Notes: a model not told the origin generated them from the letters alone. Positions 10,141 through 19,754 are shown, numbered from the stretch's first letter. The stretch: DNA of 64,000 nucleotides from an uncultured archaeon (GCA_964631415.1 CAZVZC010000002.1:79362-143361), one strand, 5' to 3'. A program made the numbers and translations.

Positions 10141-10485
10141 TCCACAGAAGAAAGGCACGGGAGTGGGCCTGTTTATCACATGATCTCGCTCTTCACTTCC
10201 TCCTTCCAGCCGCGTTCTTTCACCCCCGTGCCTTTACGACCCCCCAGTTCTCGGTTGACAGGCCCGCTGATCTGCTGTATTGTTGTTCGCACCTGCAAGC
10301 AGTGTCAACCAACTGATGAGTAAATACAGATTACACTTATCTATGAAATATGCGATAATATTAGCTGTCTGGGGACCTGTGTTCCACTCACGACTCTCTC
10401 CTCCTAAGCGAACACGAGTATGCTCTGGAAAATCTCCTCCTTTCTCGAAGGTCCCCACTCACTCATTCTCGTGAGAGAGAGTGCG
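10141..10485. ncRNA. Candidate structured non-coding RNA(s): three long hairpins with cross-pairings
   Basis: Inverted repeats 10151-10165/10221-10235 (14/15), 10245-10260/10303-10315, 10370-10378/10449-10457; cross-pairs 10165-10172/10258-10265 and 10387-10393/10469-10475; no credible CDS. Confidence 0.45.
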
Positions 10486-10605
10486 GCATGATTATGAATA
10501 CAACTTCGCAACTGAATCGACCTGTTGCTTGACTTCGGCCTCTAGAGCCGAAACCAGCAGCAAGTTTTAAAGGCTCATCCAGACGGGCAGCACCAGGAGC
10601 CAGAC

Positions 10606-11064
10606 ATGTCAGTAGCAAGGAAAGTGGTTGACAGCACATTTCAGAGAGTCTTAAGCCACATCGGTGAGATTGTGAGGTCTATCATCCTCCTGATCATCAT
10701 CTGTATTCCGCTTGCCTATGCCGTGCCGATGTGGATTCAGCACGTTGCGTTTGGCGTACCCTTCTCGAGCCTTATCATTGACCCAGTGGCATGGTTTGGG
10801 ACCAATGGTGCTGTCCTCGTGATCTTGTTGCTTGCGGCCGTAAGCCTGGTTTTAGGATACGCATACGTTTCAAAGATGGCCCCGAAGCCAGAGGTAACCC
10901 CGTCAGCCAAGAAGACAGCTCCTGAAGAAGAAGGAGCCGAGGAAGAGGAGCCAGAGATCGAAGCTGAAACCGTCGCCGAAGAAGCAGAAGAAGTGGGCGA
11001 AGTAGAGGCTCCTTCGGAAGAGGCAGGCGAGGACGACACAGACACTTCCGACTCGGAGAGCTGA
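10606..11064 (+). CDS. Two-TM membrane protein with highly acidic disordered tail
   Basis: Two hydrophobic helices then an E/D-rich tail; TTTTAAA box and AGGAG upstream. Confidence 0.75.
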   Translation: MSVARKVVDSTFQRVLSHIGEIVRSIILLIIICIPLAYAVPMWIQHVAFGVPFSSLIIDPVAWFGTNGAVLVILLLAAVSLVLGYAYVSKMAPKPEVTPSAKKTAPEEEGAEEEEPEIEAETVAEEAEEVGEVEAPSEEAGEDDTDTSDSES

Positions 11065-11188
11065 TATATCGCTACGGGTCGTCCACGTTCCGAACTGGAA
11101 TCGAACCTTGAGCAATCGATCTCCGCGACACTTCTGCCACTGCTTTGCCTTTGTGCTTCATGACAACCCGATGTGCCAAAGTACACCT

Positions 11189-12076
11189 TCATGCACTCGA
11201 AAGGTCGCGCTTAAGGAAAAGTCGCACAACCTCCAGTGCCAAGTCCTTGGATGAGGCAGCAACGAAGGCCATTCTCTGCTGCATGTCTATCGGGAGCCTG
11301 AGTCTTTTGCCAAGCATGTCGACAACATAGCCTTGGCCCTCTACCACCATGTGGGTTCCAGACACATGGACTATAGGTAGTACTCTCCGAAGGTCAGCCA
11401 TCGCATCCAAGGCGCCAGTTGCGGTCCAGCAGAGATCGAGCAGGTTGCTGCCACTCCTGCGTATATCCTTCGCTGAAGATATCACCCTCCGTGAGCCCGA
11501 TGCGAAGTCGTCATGCCATGGAGCTTTTGTGTCGTAGGAAATGACTGCCTGTGCAAGAGGCTTCGGAGTTGCCACTCTGGCCGGCTTGCCGTTCCTCTGG
11601 AGACCCTTTCCTCTCTGTGCAACATAGGTCTCGTTCGTGAAATATGACTCGATAACACTGATCTCAATGTTGTCTGTGGTCATTCTTTCGGAAAATGGCA
11701 CTACGGAGATACCGCCAGAACACAAGGGTATGCCGCGCTCAAGATTGGCAGAACCGTCGACAGGGTCTACAATCGCGAGGTATTCTGGTTGTCTGCCCGA
11801 GTCAATCAGGCCGCGTTCCTCGGTCACAATCATGAATGACGTGCCTGATTCATCCAGCACTCTGACAATCTCATCTTCAGACACTCTGTCTGCTAACAGT
11901 GTCTGGTCACCAAAAGGGTTCATTGTCCCGGTGGTTTCCGACCTGCGAGACAGGTTGTCGACGACCGCTCTGCGTGCCGACAGCAGTGCATTCTTCAGGA
12001 TTCGGACGAGTGTCAATCTGATACCTCCGGTGCTCTGCGTGCGCTGTGGCGTTGTCAGCCACTCAGCGAAGCTCAA
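11189..12076 (-). CDS. Inositol monophosphatase / FBPase family protein
   Basis: VTEERG, IVDPVDGSAN, RRSGS..LDLCWTATGALD. Confidence 0.88.
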   Translation of the reverse strand: MSFAEWLTTPQRTQSTGGIRLTLVRILKNALLSARRAVVDNLSRRSETTGTMNPFGDQTLLADRVSEDEIVRVLDESGTSFMIVTEERGLIDSGRQPEYLAIVDPVDGSANLERGIPLCSGGISVVPFSERMTTDNIEISVIESYFTNETYVAQRGKGLQRNGKPARVATPKPLAQAVISYDTKAPWHDDFASGSRRVISSAKDIRRSGSNLLDLCWTATGALDAMADLRRVLPIVHVSGTHMVVEGQGYVVDMLGKRLRLPIDMQQRMAFVAASSKDLALEVVRLFLKRDLSSA

Positions 12077-12131
12077 ATCCTTTAAATGTGTCAGGGTAGG
12101 AGTTCATTCGATAAGGGCAATACCGGTGAAG

Positions 12132-12794
12132 ATGATGGGCTTCCTAAGCGGTAAGAAGAAAGTCGATGCCGAACGGGGAATCCTCGAGATCAAGGGCACC
12201 ATGAATGCAATGACGCTGAGGATTCGAAGACTTGAGACACGGATGGGTGAAGAGAGGAAATCCGCAAAGGAGGCGATGGCGGAGGGCGACAGGTCAGCGG
12301 CGAGATCGCACCTTTCGATTGTGACTGACCTAGAAACCAGAAGAGGAAGATACCACCAGCAATACCTCACTTTGGAGACCGCGCTCCTGAACATCGAGGA
12401 AGCGAAGGACCAGACAGAGGTTCTGAGAGCATTCAAGACAGCCAACAATGCTTTGACACAAGCGAGGGCTATGCTCAGCCCTGTTGAAATCCAGGCACAG
12501 CTGGAAAGGCTGTCTCAGTCATTTGAGCAGATCTCAATCGCCGGCGAACTCCTGTCAGAGGATCTATCAACGACAGGCAGCACTGTTGAGATGGACGAGA
12601 AGGTCGAACGCGAACTGCAGGCTATGGAGGCTGAGATACTGCTTGAGAAGGAGGGAGTGCTTCCACCTCTTCGGGCAGAGAGAGGAAAACAGCCGGCCGC
12701 AAAGAAGACTCCCGAGGAAAAGCGCGTTGACGAGATGCTGGCTGACCTTGAGAGAGAGGCTAAGGAAGAGAGGGAAAAAGAGGCTCAAGGATAG
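12132..12794 (+). CDS. Snf7-family ESCRT-III subunit (Vps20/32/60-like)
   Basis: MGFLSGKKK N-terminus, basic helical hairpin (AKEAMAEGDRSAAR), LETALLNIEEA..EVLRAFKTANNAL, acidic C-half, VLPPL tail; true start 12132/12135, not 11637. Confidence 0.88.
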   Translation: MMGFLSGKKKVDAERGILEIKGTMNAMTLRIRRLETRMGEERKSAKEAMAEGDRSAARSHLSIVTDLETRRGRYHQQYLTLETALLNIEEAKDQTEVLRAFKTANNALTQARAMLSPVEIQAQLERLSQSFEQISIAGELLSEDLSTTGSTVEMDEKVERELQAMEAEILLEKEGVLPPLRAERGKQPAAKKTPEEKRVDEMLADLEREAKEEREKEAQG

Positions 12795-12830
12795 CCGATG
12801 CGGCTCTGCGACTCCTTCGCTGGTGCATTC

Positions 12831-13478
12831 ATGAAGATCAGGCTAGTGGTTTTTGACGTCGACGGTACGTTGACCCGCCACAACAGCATATGGTGGCGCC
12901 TTCACGAAGTCTTCGGAACTGAGAAGAAGGGCAAGGCCTTCTTTGACCAGTTCTTCGCAGGAGAGATCACATACGACCAGTGGGCGCACTACGATGCGGC
13001 CCTGTGGTCTGGGAAATCTCTGAAGGAAGTCATGAGGGTGGTTCGTGAAACAGAACTGGTCCCTGGAGCCATAGAAACAGTCCGAGCATTGAAGAACGCT
13101 GGGATATCAGTCGCAATCCTGTCGGGAGGAGTGGACCTGCTCGCAGATGATGTTGCTAAGCGTGTTGGGATCGACTACGTCCTGACTAACAAGCTTCAGC
13201 ATTCAAGAGGACGGCTGACCGGTGAGGTCGAAGTACATGTGGGATGGGGCGAGAAAGTGCAAGAGATCTCCCAGATAGTCGATCACTTCGGTGTTACCCT
13301 TGATGAAACGGCATTCATTGGTGACGGTCGGAACGATGTGAGCGTCTTCAAGTGCGTGGCTCTCTCCATTGCTTTCAGACCAGAACACAGGGAAGTTGCA
13401 GAGGCGGCTCATGTGGCCGTTCAGGAAGACGACCTCAGGGGAATCCTTCCATTCATCTTGGGGAAGTACCCCGTGTGA
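12831..13478 (+). CDS. serB: HAD-family phosphoserine phosphatase-like protein
   Basis: VVFDVDGTL, ILSGG, FIGDGRND motifs. Confidence 0.8.
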   Translation: MKIRLVVFDVDGTLTRHNSIWWRLHEVFGTEKKGKAFFDQFFAGEITYDQWAHYDAALWSGKSLKEVMRVVRETELVPGAIETVRALKNAGISVAILSGGVDLLADDVAKRVGIDYVLTNKLQHSRGRLTGEVEVHVGWGEKVQEISQIVDHFGVTLDETAFIGDGRNDVSVFKCVALSIAFRPEHREVAEAAHVAVQEDDLRGILPFILGKYPV

Positions 13479-13698
13479 ATAGGTTCGTCGCATAGACCTG
13501 CATTAGAAGCATAGAAACCGCTTCGAAGATACCGAGCCTATTATTATCAGTGATGGGGCGCTTCATGAACCACCGGCTCCTTCGGGGTCAGATTCGTACA
13601 CTGATCCGTACCTTGAGATTGACTTAGGACAGACTTCCTGCGAGAGCTTTGCAGCAACTGCTCACAAGGATCTCGGCAAAGCACGTCATTAGGGTTCA

Positions 13699-14877
13699 CT
13701 AGCCCGTCAAGGCTCTCCCGTTATGGCGATATCTGTTGCCTGAGCCAGTGTTCAGCATCACTACGGTTTCATCACGGTCGATGGCTGCTGATTGGACCAA
13801 TTCCTTCAGACCGGCCAGACCAATGGCAGCCTCAGGGCAGATGTCGAGCCCTTCCATGCGCGCAGCCCCCAACTCCATGAGCCTAATCTCCTTGTCAGGG
13901 ACTGACACTGCAGACCCGTGCGAAGACCGAATTGCGTCCAAGATGAGCTTCCCCGCAAAAGGCCGGGGCACCCTTAGTCCAAGTGCTTGAGTGTTGCATC
14001 CAGACCAAGGCTCAAGATCATCAGACCTGCCATGAATTGCTTCTACTATGGGCGCGCACCCCTCACTCTGAACCGCATACATGCGAGGTCTGCCAGACCC
14101 CACCAGTCCAATCTCCTCAAGCTCTTCCATCGCTTTCCAGATCCCGATGAGTGCTGTGCCGCCACCGGTGGGGCATATCACGGCATCCGGGACTCTCCAT
14201 GCAAGCTGTTCGGAGATCTCGAAGCCTAGCGTCTTCTTTCCCTCAATACGATAGGGCTCCTTGGTGGTGGATAGGTCGGTCCAATCTCCACCCGAGGTCT
14301 TCATCTTCGCCGAACAGTCTGCGATGGTACCTTTCACCTCAGTCGTTTCTGCCCCGTACAGACTGCACTCGTCAAAGAAAGAAGACGGAGTGTCAGCAGG
14401 CATGAACACATGCGCCTTAACACCAGCAGCTGCGCAGTAGGCACTCATCGATACTGCTGCATTGCCTGCTGATGGCAGAGCAAATGACTGTGTTCCCAGT
14501 TCAACGTGTTTCGACACAGCAGCACAAAGCCCCCTGTCCTTGAACGAGGAGGTGGGGTTTCGCGATTCATCCTTTATCATTAGGCTCCTGAGTCCAAGCT
14601 CTGTCTGCAGCCTTCTAGTTCGTATCAAAGGCGTCCAACCCTCGCCTAGGCTGACAATGGAGGACTCGGAGTGGACCGGCAGCAGTTCCGAGTAACGCCA
14701 CATGGTTGACACAGCGGATGGGAAACCCGCTGATGACACTAGTTCCCTAACATGCACCGTGTCGTATCTGGCGAACAAAGGTGAACCACAAGAACAGTAT
14801 GACACAGTCTTGCTTTCTTGATACTTGCGTCCGCAAGCTGGACACTGGAGTCCTATGAAACACGAGGCCGATCGCAT
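13699..14877 (-). CDS. thrC: Threonine synthase
   Basis: N-terminal CxxC, SLGEGWTPL, NPTSSFKDRG (PLP Lys), PSAGNA, EGKKT, PTGGG, NTGSG. Confidence 0.9.
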   Translation of the reverse strand: MRSASCFIGLQCPACGRKYQESKTVSYCSCGSPLFARYDTVHVRELVSSAGFPSAVSTMWRYSELLPVHSESSIVSLGEGWTPLIRTRRLQTELGLRSLMIKDESRNPTSSFKDRGLCAAVSKHVELGTQSFALPSAGNAAVSMSAYCAAAGVKAHVFMPADTPSSFFDECSLYGAETTEVKGTIADCSAKMKTSGGDWTDLSTTKEPYRIEGKKTLGFEISEQLAWRVPDAVICPTGGGTALIGIWKAMEELEEIGLVGSGRPRMYAVQSEGCAPIVEAIHGRSDDLEPWSGCNTQALGLRVPRPFAGKLILDAIRSSHGSAVSVPDKEIRLMELGAARMEGLDICPEAAIGLAGLKELVQSAAIDRDETVVMLNTGSGNRYRHNGRALTG

Positions 14878-14950
14878 ACTGCGACTTACAGCAAACCTCA
14901 GAGATATATGTGGTTGTCTTCTATTTCAGCTTGTCTAAGACCGAGTTGGT

Positions 14951-16144
14951 GTGCCCTTGACTGAGTTGGGAAGACCAGTAATGCCCTTCGCCGCTATTGT
15001 CGGAATGGAGAAGCTGAAACTGGCTCTCATGCTGAACGGAGTCAACCCCAAGATTGGGGGTGTGCTCATCTCAGGACCCAAAGGCACCGGTAAGACGACT
15101 GCGGTCAGGGCACTCGCGGATCTACTGCCAGACGTGGAAGCTGTGGAAGACTGCCGTTTCGGCTGTAACCCTTCAAGTGAGTCATTGTGTCCTGAGTGCA
15201 AGAAAAGCAGCGAACAAGGCGAGGAGCTCAAGAGCCTGAGAAGGAAGATGCGAGTAGTCAACCTTCCCTTGTCCACAACCGAAGACCGACTCATTGGTGC
15301 TCTCGATATAGAGCGAGTTCTGAAGGACGGCATTCAGGCGCTGAAACCGGGCATACTGGCTGAGGCGAATCAGAACATACTCTATGTGGATGAGGTGAAT
15401 CTCCTTCCTGACCATCTGGTCGATGATCTGCTTGATGCGGCCGCCACGAAAGTGAACGTGATCGAAAGGGAGGGGGTTTCAGTCTCGCATCCCTCAGACT
15501 TCGTCTTGGTTGGCACCATGAACCCCGAGGAGGGTGAACTGCGACCGCAACTCCTTGACAGATTCCCCCTTCACGTTGAAGTTGGCACCGGGCTGTCTGT
15601 CGACCAGAGGATGGAACTCGTCAGAAGGAACCTCGCATTTGAGAGAGACCCCGCAGCATTCAGAGAACAGTGGGCTGAGGAACAATCCCTACTGAGGGGG
15701 AAGATTGTCACTGCTAGGGAACTTCTAGAGCATGTCGTTCTCCCTGAGGCCGGACTCAGAGCGATTGCGATGGCATGTGACGCGCTGGAGGTTGACGGCG
15801 TTAGGCCGGACATAATCATCAGCAAGACCTCCATCACCAATGCGGCCTTCGATGGGCGAAAGGAGGTTTCCTTGGACGACCTGAAGCTTGCAGCACAGCT
15901 CGCACTCAGTCATAGGACAAGGAGAGGCGGACTGCTCGAACCTCCATCGTCAGAGGAGATTGACCGGGCGATTACAAGAGCTGTAGACGTCACAAGGAAA
16001 GAAGACAAGCGGGCATCTCCGTCGGAGGCTCCTGCAGAGCCCGGGGAAAAACCGGAAAGGCGAGCCAAAGGAGTGTTCGGTCGACAAGCAGGAATGGCTA
16101 AGGCCGGCAGCGACGACGCAAAAAAAAAGATCCTCGGCACATAA
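14951..16144 (+). CDS. ChlI/BchI-like AAA+ ATPase (chelatase ATPase subunit family)
   Basis: [15 protein letters not shown] (Walker A), LYVDEVNLL (Walker B), [18 protein letters not shown]; ends just after an A9 run. Confidence 0.92.
   Translation: MPLTELGRPVMPFAAIVGMEKLKLALMLNGVNPKIGGVLISGPKGTGKTTAVRALADLLPDVEAVEDCRFGCNPSSESLCPECKKSSEQGEELKSLRRKMRVVNLPLSTTEDRLIGALDIERVLKDGIQALKPGILAEANQNILYVDEVNLLPDHLVDDLLDAAATKVNVIEREGVSVSHPSDFVLVGTMNPEEGELRPQLLDRFPLHVEVGTGLSVDQRMELVRRNLAFERDPAAFREQWAEEQSLLRGKIVTARELLEHVVLPEAGLRAIAMACDALEVDGVRPDIIISKTSITNAAFDGRKEVSLDDLKLAAQLALSHRTRRGGLLEPPSSEEIDRAITRAVDVTRKEDKRASPSEAPAEPGEKPERRAKGVFGRQAGMAKAGSDDAKKKILGT
16120..16129 (+). other. Putative -1 programmed frameshift / transcriptional slippage site (A9G, contains A_AAA_AAG)
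   Basis: GCA AAA AAA AAG in the ChlI frame; the -1 frame AAA GAT CCT CGG CAC ATA ATG is open into the vWA ORF. Confidence 0.7.
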
Positions 16145-17622
16145 TGGCGCCACGAGGTAATCCCTTCAAGGGAACCATCTGCGCAATCATGTTGGTAGTG
16201 GCGACCACGTATTTTGCCTGGGTGTTCTTTAGTCCCGTCAACACTTATTTCGGACAACGGCCAGGCGTGCTTCCATCCCTGCCAGTCATTCTCGTAGACA
16301 CATTGGTGTATGCGCCCATCATGTATCTGGTAGTCCGTAGATGGCTGAGGACTATGATGAGAAGGAAGGGAGGTCTCGCGGCAGGTATCGACTTTGTCGA
16401 GCCAGGAAACGCCAGACCTGAACCGGGAGATCAGTGGGGACGAGCAACGCGACCGTACAGCCCCATGACACCGTCTAGAATCACAGGGTCCAAGTCTGAC
16501 ATACGCAGTACGCCTGAAGGACTGGATATCGACTTCTACTCCACAATACCCGATTTCACAGCAGGCGAGGAACTCTTCGACCCTTCAGAACTGAGATCCA
16601 GAGCAACGAAACGAGCGTCCGTTGCATCGGGAGGTAGGCTGCGCATGCGTGTGAGTTCGAGAGCCATGGGTTCACTGAAGGCTTCCGAGAGCGCGCAGAG
16701 AGGCAGATTGCTACGTTCGAGAATACCGCGGGGTGAATGGTTCAGCCTTCACGTTCCGTCCACTCTTGTAGCAGCGTTGCTCAGGAGAGGCATGACCGGG
16801 GAAAAGCAGGGGACTCTAATCCAGCGGGGAGACCTGAGGGAGAAGGTGTTCTCCGGAAGAGCACCCCTGACGATCATCTTGGTCATCGATGTCAGCCTGT
16901 CGATGAAGGGCAGCATGAGCGAGGTTCGGAAGATAGTGAACAGGATAGAACAAGAAACACGGGGCTCCAGAGATCGGGCAGGGATAGTAGCTTTCAAAGA
17001 CAGTGGCGCTGTCGAGGTTCAGGCGCCGACGTCAAACTGGAACAGAATCTACAGAGCGCTTGCTGGTCTTAGGATCTCAGGGTTGACACCATTAGCCCAG
17101 GCACTGATGAAAGCTCTGGATACGATAAAGCGAGAGAGGATGAGGAATAACAGCATCGAGCCCCTAGTAGTGCTCATATCAGACTTCGCCCCGAACATAC
17201 CTCTGGCGCGGCCATTAGATGGAAGTGCGACCATATACTCACCTGTAGAAGACATGGTCAGAGCTGCCAGACTTCTTCGAAGAGAGAGAGTGCGACTAGT
17301 CGCCGTCAACGTTGACATACAGGAATCGACATGGTCAAGGTTTCTTAAGAGGCCCTATCACGAGGCTGTGGAGCTGGCCGCAATGCTCCGGGCAAGAAAG
17401 GAGGGCTTGGCTGATCCTGTGGAAGCCGTTCTGGCTGTTCCAGAGTTCCGCAAGTCCTTTGGTGCATACCTTGTTGCCAAAGTCGGTGGCGGGAAGGCAT
17501 TCCTTTCAAGCGAACTCACCGCTAAGAGGTCAGTCTTGGGCACCTTTCTGAGTGCAACCAGCAGCCAGACGCGACACAAACCTGAAGATTTGCGCAAGGC
17601 CGAGTCATATATCGCACGGTAG
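16144..17622 (+). CDS. ChlD C-terminal-like vWA protein with two N-terminal TM helices
   Basis: IQRGDLREKVF..LTIILVIDVSLSM (MIDAS), GLTPLAQAL, VLISD; two hydrophobic helices in the first ~65 aa; TAATG overlap with the upstream gene. Confidence 0.85.
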   Translation: MAPRGNPFKGTICAIMLVVATTYFAWVFFSPVNTYFGQRPGVLPSLPVILVDTLVYAPIMYLVVRRWLRTMMRRKGGLAAGIDFVEPGNARPEPGDQWGRATRPYSPMTPSRITGSKSDIRSTPEGLDIDFYSTIPDFTAGEELFDPSELRSRATKRASVASGGRLRMRVSSRAMGSLKASESAQRGRLLRSRIPRGEWFSLHVPSTLVAALLRRGMTGEKQGTLIQRGDLREKVFSGRAPLTIILVIDVSLSMKGSMSEVRKIVNRIEQETRGSRDRAGIVAFKDSGAVEVQAPTSNWNRIYRALAGLRISGLTPLAQALMKALDTIKRERMRNNSIEPLVVLISDFAPNIPLARPLDGSATIYSPVEDMVRAARLLRRERVRLVAVNVDIQESTWSRFLKRPYHEAVELAAMLRARKEGLADPVEAVLAVPEFRKSFGAYLVAKVGGGKAFLSSELTAKRSVLGTFLSATSSQTRHKPEDLRKAESYIAR

Positions 17623-17835
17623 TCACCAATTCCATATCCTTGGTGGGACTGACATCGCGATTGTTTTATCAGGATGGTAGAACACCCAGACAGAGGCGCA
17701 CTCAGCCCGACACTTGCCTGGTGTCATAGTGAGTGAGGAGAGCCCAGAGCGGGTTTTCGATGAATCCACTTTTCATGCATCATGGCACAGGGCTGGTGCG
17801 CCCCTCGCAGAAGACCAAGTAAGGAGTCGCTTCAG

Positions 17836-18894
17836 TTGATACATGGTAAGCTCCCCTCAGACGTGCTAGAACGCCTGGTGTTCAATCACCTTGGCAAGAC
17901 AGACCCGGACGTAATACTCGGACCCGGCACGGGCAGAGACGCCGCACTGTTGCGCGTTGGGGACATGGTCCTTGTCGCGTCCACTGATCCGATTACGGGC
18001 TCCATAGAGGACGTCGGCTGGCTCTCGGTACACGTGAACGCAAATGATGTGGCTACCTTTGGAGTGGCTCCGAGTTGGTTCTTCCTGTCAATCATGCTAC
18101 CATCAGGCAGTCAGGCGTCATCCGTCGGACGCATAATGGAGCAGGTTGATGAAGCGGCGAGGTTTCTGAACGTATCTGTGGCAGGAGGACACACAGAGGT
18201 GACCCCGGGCATTGACAGACCAATCGTGGCGGGTTTCATGTTAGGCCTCGCGAAAGAGGGCGAGTATGTGATGCCGGCGGGGGGCCGAGCAGGTGACTCG
18301 ATAATCCTTACAAAGACCATCGGTATTGAAGGCACTGCCATAGTTGCTGCTGAGGGAACTCCGCTGCTGGTGCAAAGACTCGGGCAGAAGGTCATCGACG
18401 ACGGGCGTAGTCTTCGGAGCCAGATTAGTGTGGTCAGAGAAGGAGTGGCCGCATTTCAGAGCGGGTACGTGACAGCCATGCATGACCCCACCGAGGGAGG
18501 CGTGGCTGGTGGAGTCCATGAGCTATGTGACTCAAGCAATGTTGGGTGCGAAATACACTCCGATCTGCTTCCTGTCCACCCATCGACTGAAGCATTGTGC
18601 CAAGAACTCGGCATCAATGTCCTTGAGCTCATTAGCAGCGGGTGCATGTTGATTACCTGTAGCCCGGAACACGCTGTCGATGTCATAGGTGCGGTTCAGT
18701 CAACAGGAGTCAGTGCCACGGTGATCGGTGCCCTTGTACACGACCCGACTCGTCGCGTCCTAATCTCGCGGAATGGTTCAGAAGAGCTGCCTCGGCCACA
18801 GACCGACGCACTGTGGGATGCACTCAGAAAGATAAAGGACGCACGAAGTCACGCAAGAGGTCGGCCAAGGAGTCATTCACGCCCTCGACAGTGA
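17836..18894 (+). CDS. AIR synthase-related (HypE/PurM-like) protein
   Basis: GKLP, GPGTGRDAA, STDPIT, NANDVA, GGHTEVT, MHDPTEGG, LISSG. Confidence 0.88.
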   Translation: MIHGKLPSDVLERLVFNHLGKTDPDVILGPGTGRDAALLRVGDMVLVASTDPITGSIEDVGWLSVHVNANDVATFGVAPSWFFLSIMLPSGSQASSVGRIMEQVDEAARFLNVSVAGGHTEVTPGIDRPIVAGFMLGLAKEGEYVMPAGGRAGDSIILTKTIGIEGTAIVAAEGTPLLVQRLGQKVIDDGRSLRSQISVVREGVAAFQSGYVTAMHDPTEGGVAGGVHELCDSSNVGCEIHSDLLPVHPSTEALCQELGINVLELISSGCMLITCSPEHAVDVIGAVQSTGVSATVIGALVHDPTRRVLISRNGSEELPRPQTDALWDALRKIKDARSHARGRPRSHSRPRQ

Positions 18895-19612
18895 ACGGTG
18901 ACAAAGAGACATTCCCGTTCACTAACACCTCATACGCGTCTGTGCCCGGCTTCGGCTTAATCTCAATGCCGCGAACCCAATAGTATGGACTGCCGTTAGG
19001 ATCCACTCTGCGTTCAACCTCATTCACCATTCGGGCAGATGTGGGTTTCGTGATCACTAGTCTGGTGGTCTTCTTGATTTCATGGGGGAAGTTCAGGTTC
19101 AAGACATCTACCCCTTTAGGCATGCCGAGCTGAAGGACCAGATTGATGAGTCTGCATGTGAACCCACAGACATGCTGGCTGTCACTCTTGGAACCAGACG
19201 ATGCAAACCACTCATCTGAATGGACCTCTTGCGAAACCGCAATCGCGGGAAATCCTCGAATGGCGGCCTCGATGGCCCCACAAACGGTGCCACTCGTCAG
19301 AATACTCTGATATCCGACGTTGGCACCAGAGTTGATGCCGGACACAAACATGTCGATATCCTTGGCGAAGTACTGGGCTATCACAACAGAGTCAGCCGGC
19401 ATACCATCGTGGGCGATCAGGCTGTACCCATCCATCTTAGACTCGCGAGTGAACCGTATCGGACGATTGAAAGTAAGTGCCTTCCCTGTGGCACTACGTT
19501 GCCCATCGGGTACGACCACAATTAGATCCACTTGGCCCTTGAGCGAGTCTGCCAAGCTAAGCAGGCCTTGACTCAGGGGACCATCATCATTGATTAGGCA
19601 GACCTTGTGCAA
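18824..19612 (-). CDS. surE: 5'/3'-nucleotidase SurE
   Basis: LINDDG, VVP..QRSATG, DGMPAD, VSGINSGAN, SGTV.GA.EA, LNLNFP. Confidence 0.92.
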   Translation of the reverse strand: MHKVCLINDDGPLSQGLLSLADSLKGQVDLIVVVPDGQRSATGKALTFNRPIRFTRESKMDGYSLIAHDGMPADSVVIAQYFAKDIDMFVSGINSGANVGYQSILTSGTVCGAIEAAIRGFPAIAVSQEVHSDEWFASSGSKSDSQHVCGFTCRLINLVLQLGMPKGVDVLNLNFPHEIKKTTRLVITKPTSARMVNEVERRVDPNGSPYYWVRGIEIKPKPGTDAYEVLVNGNVSLSPFTVEGVNDSLADLLRDFVRPLSF

Positions 19613-19676
19613 GAATTAGCTCTCCGGCGAATGGTTGTCACCGGGCTCGATTACTCTGCTGATAAGAATGACGGAC

Positions 19677-19722
19677 AGAAAAAGGAAAGGGAGGAGAGAA
19701 GCAGCCCTTGGTTGCCTCTCCA
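19677..19722 (-). terminator. Hairpin plus U-rich terminator after the histone gene
   Basis: GAGAGAAGCAGCC..GGTTGCCTCTC imperfect stem next to a purine-rich run (pyrimidine/U tract on the minus strand). Confidence 0.5.
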
Positions 19723-19754
19723 CCCACCTCAATAGTCGTACGCTTAGGTCTGTT

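Noticed and set aside
10313-10370. Hammerhead ribozyme (CTGATGAG...GAAA)
   Set aside because: Stem II is weak and no stem I can form with the sequence upstream of CUGA.
11085-11160. tRNA-like GGTTCGATTCC on the minus strand
   Set aside because: The T-stem does not pair beyond 2 bp, and no acceptor or anticodon arms are found.
11637-12131. N-terminal extension of the 385-aa ORF
   Set aside because: Antisense shadow of the IMPase gene; Snf7 homology starts at 12132, after a TTTAAA box.
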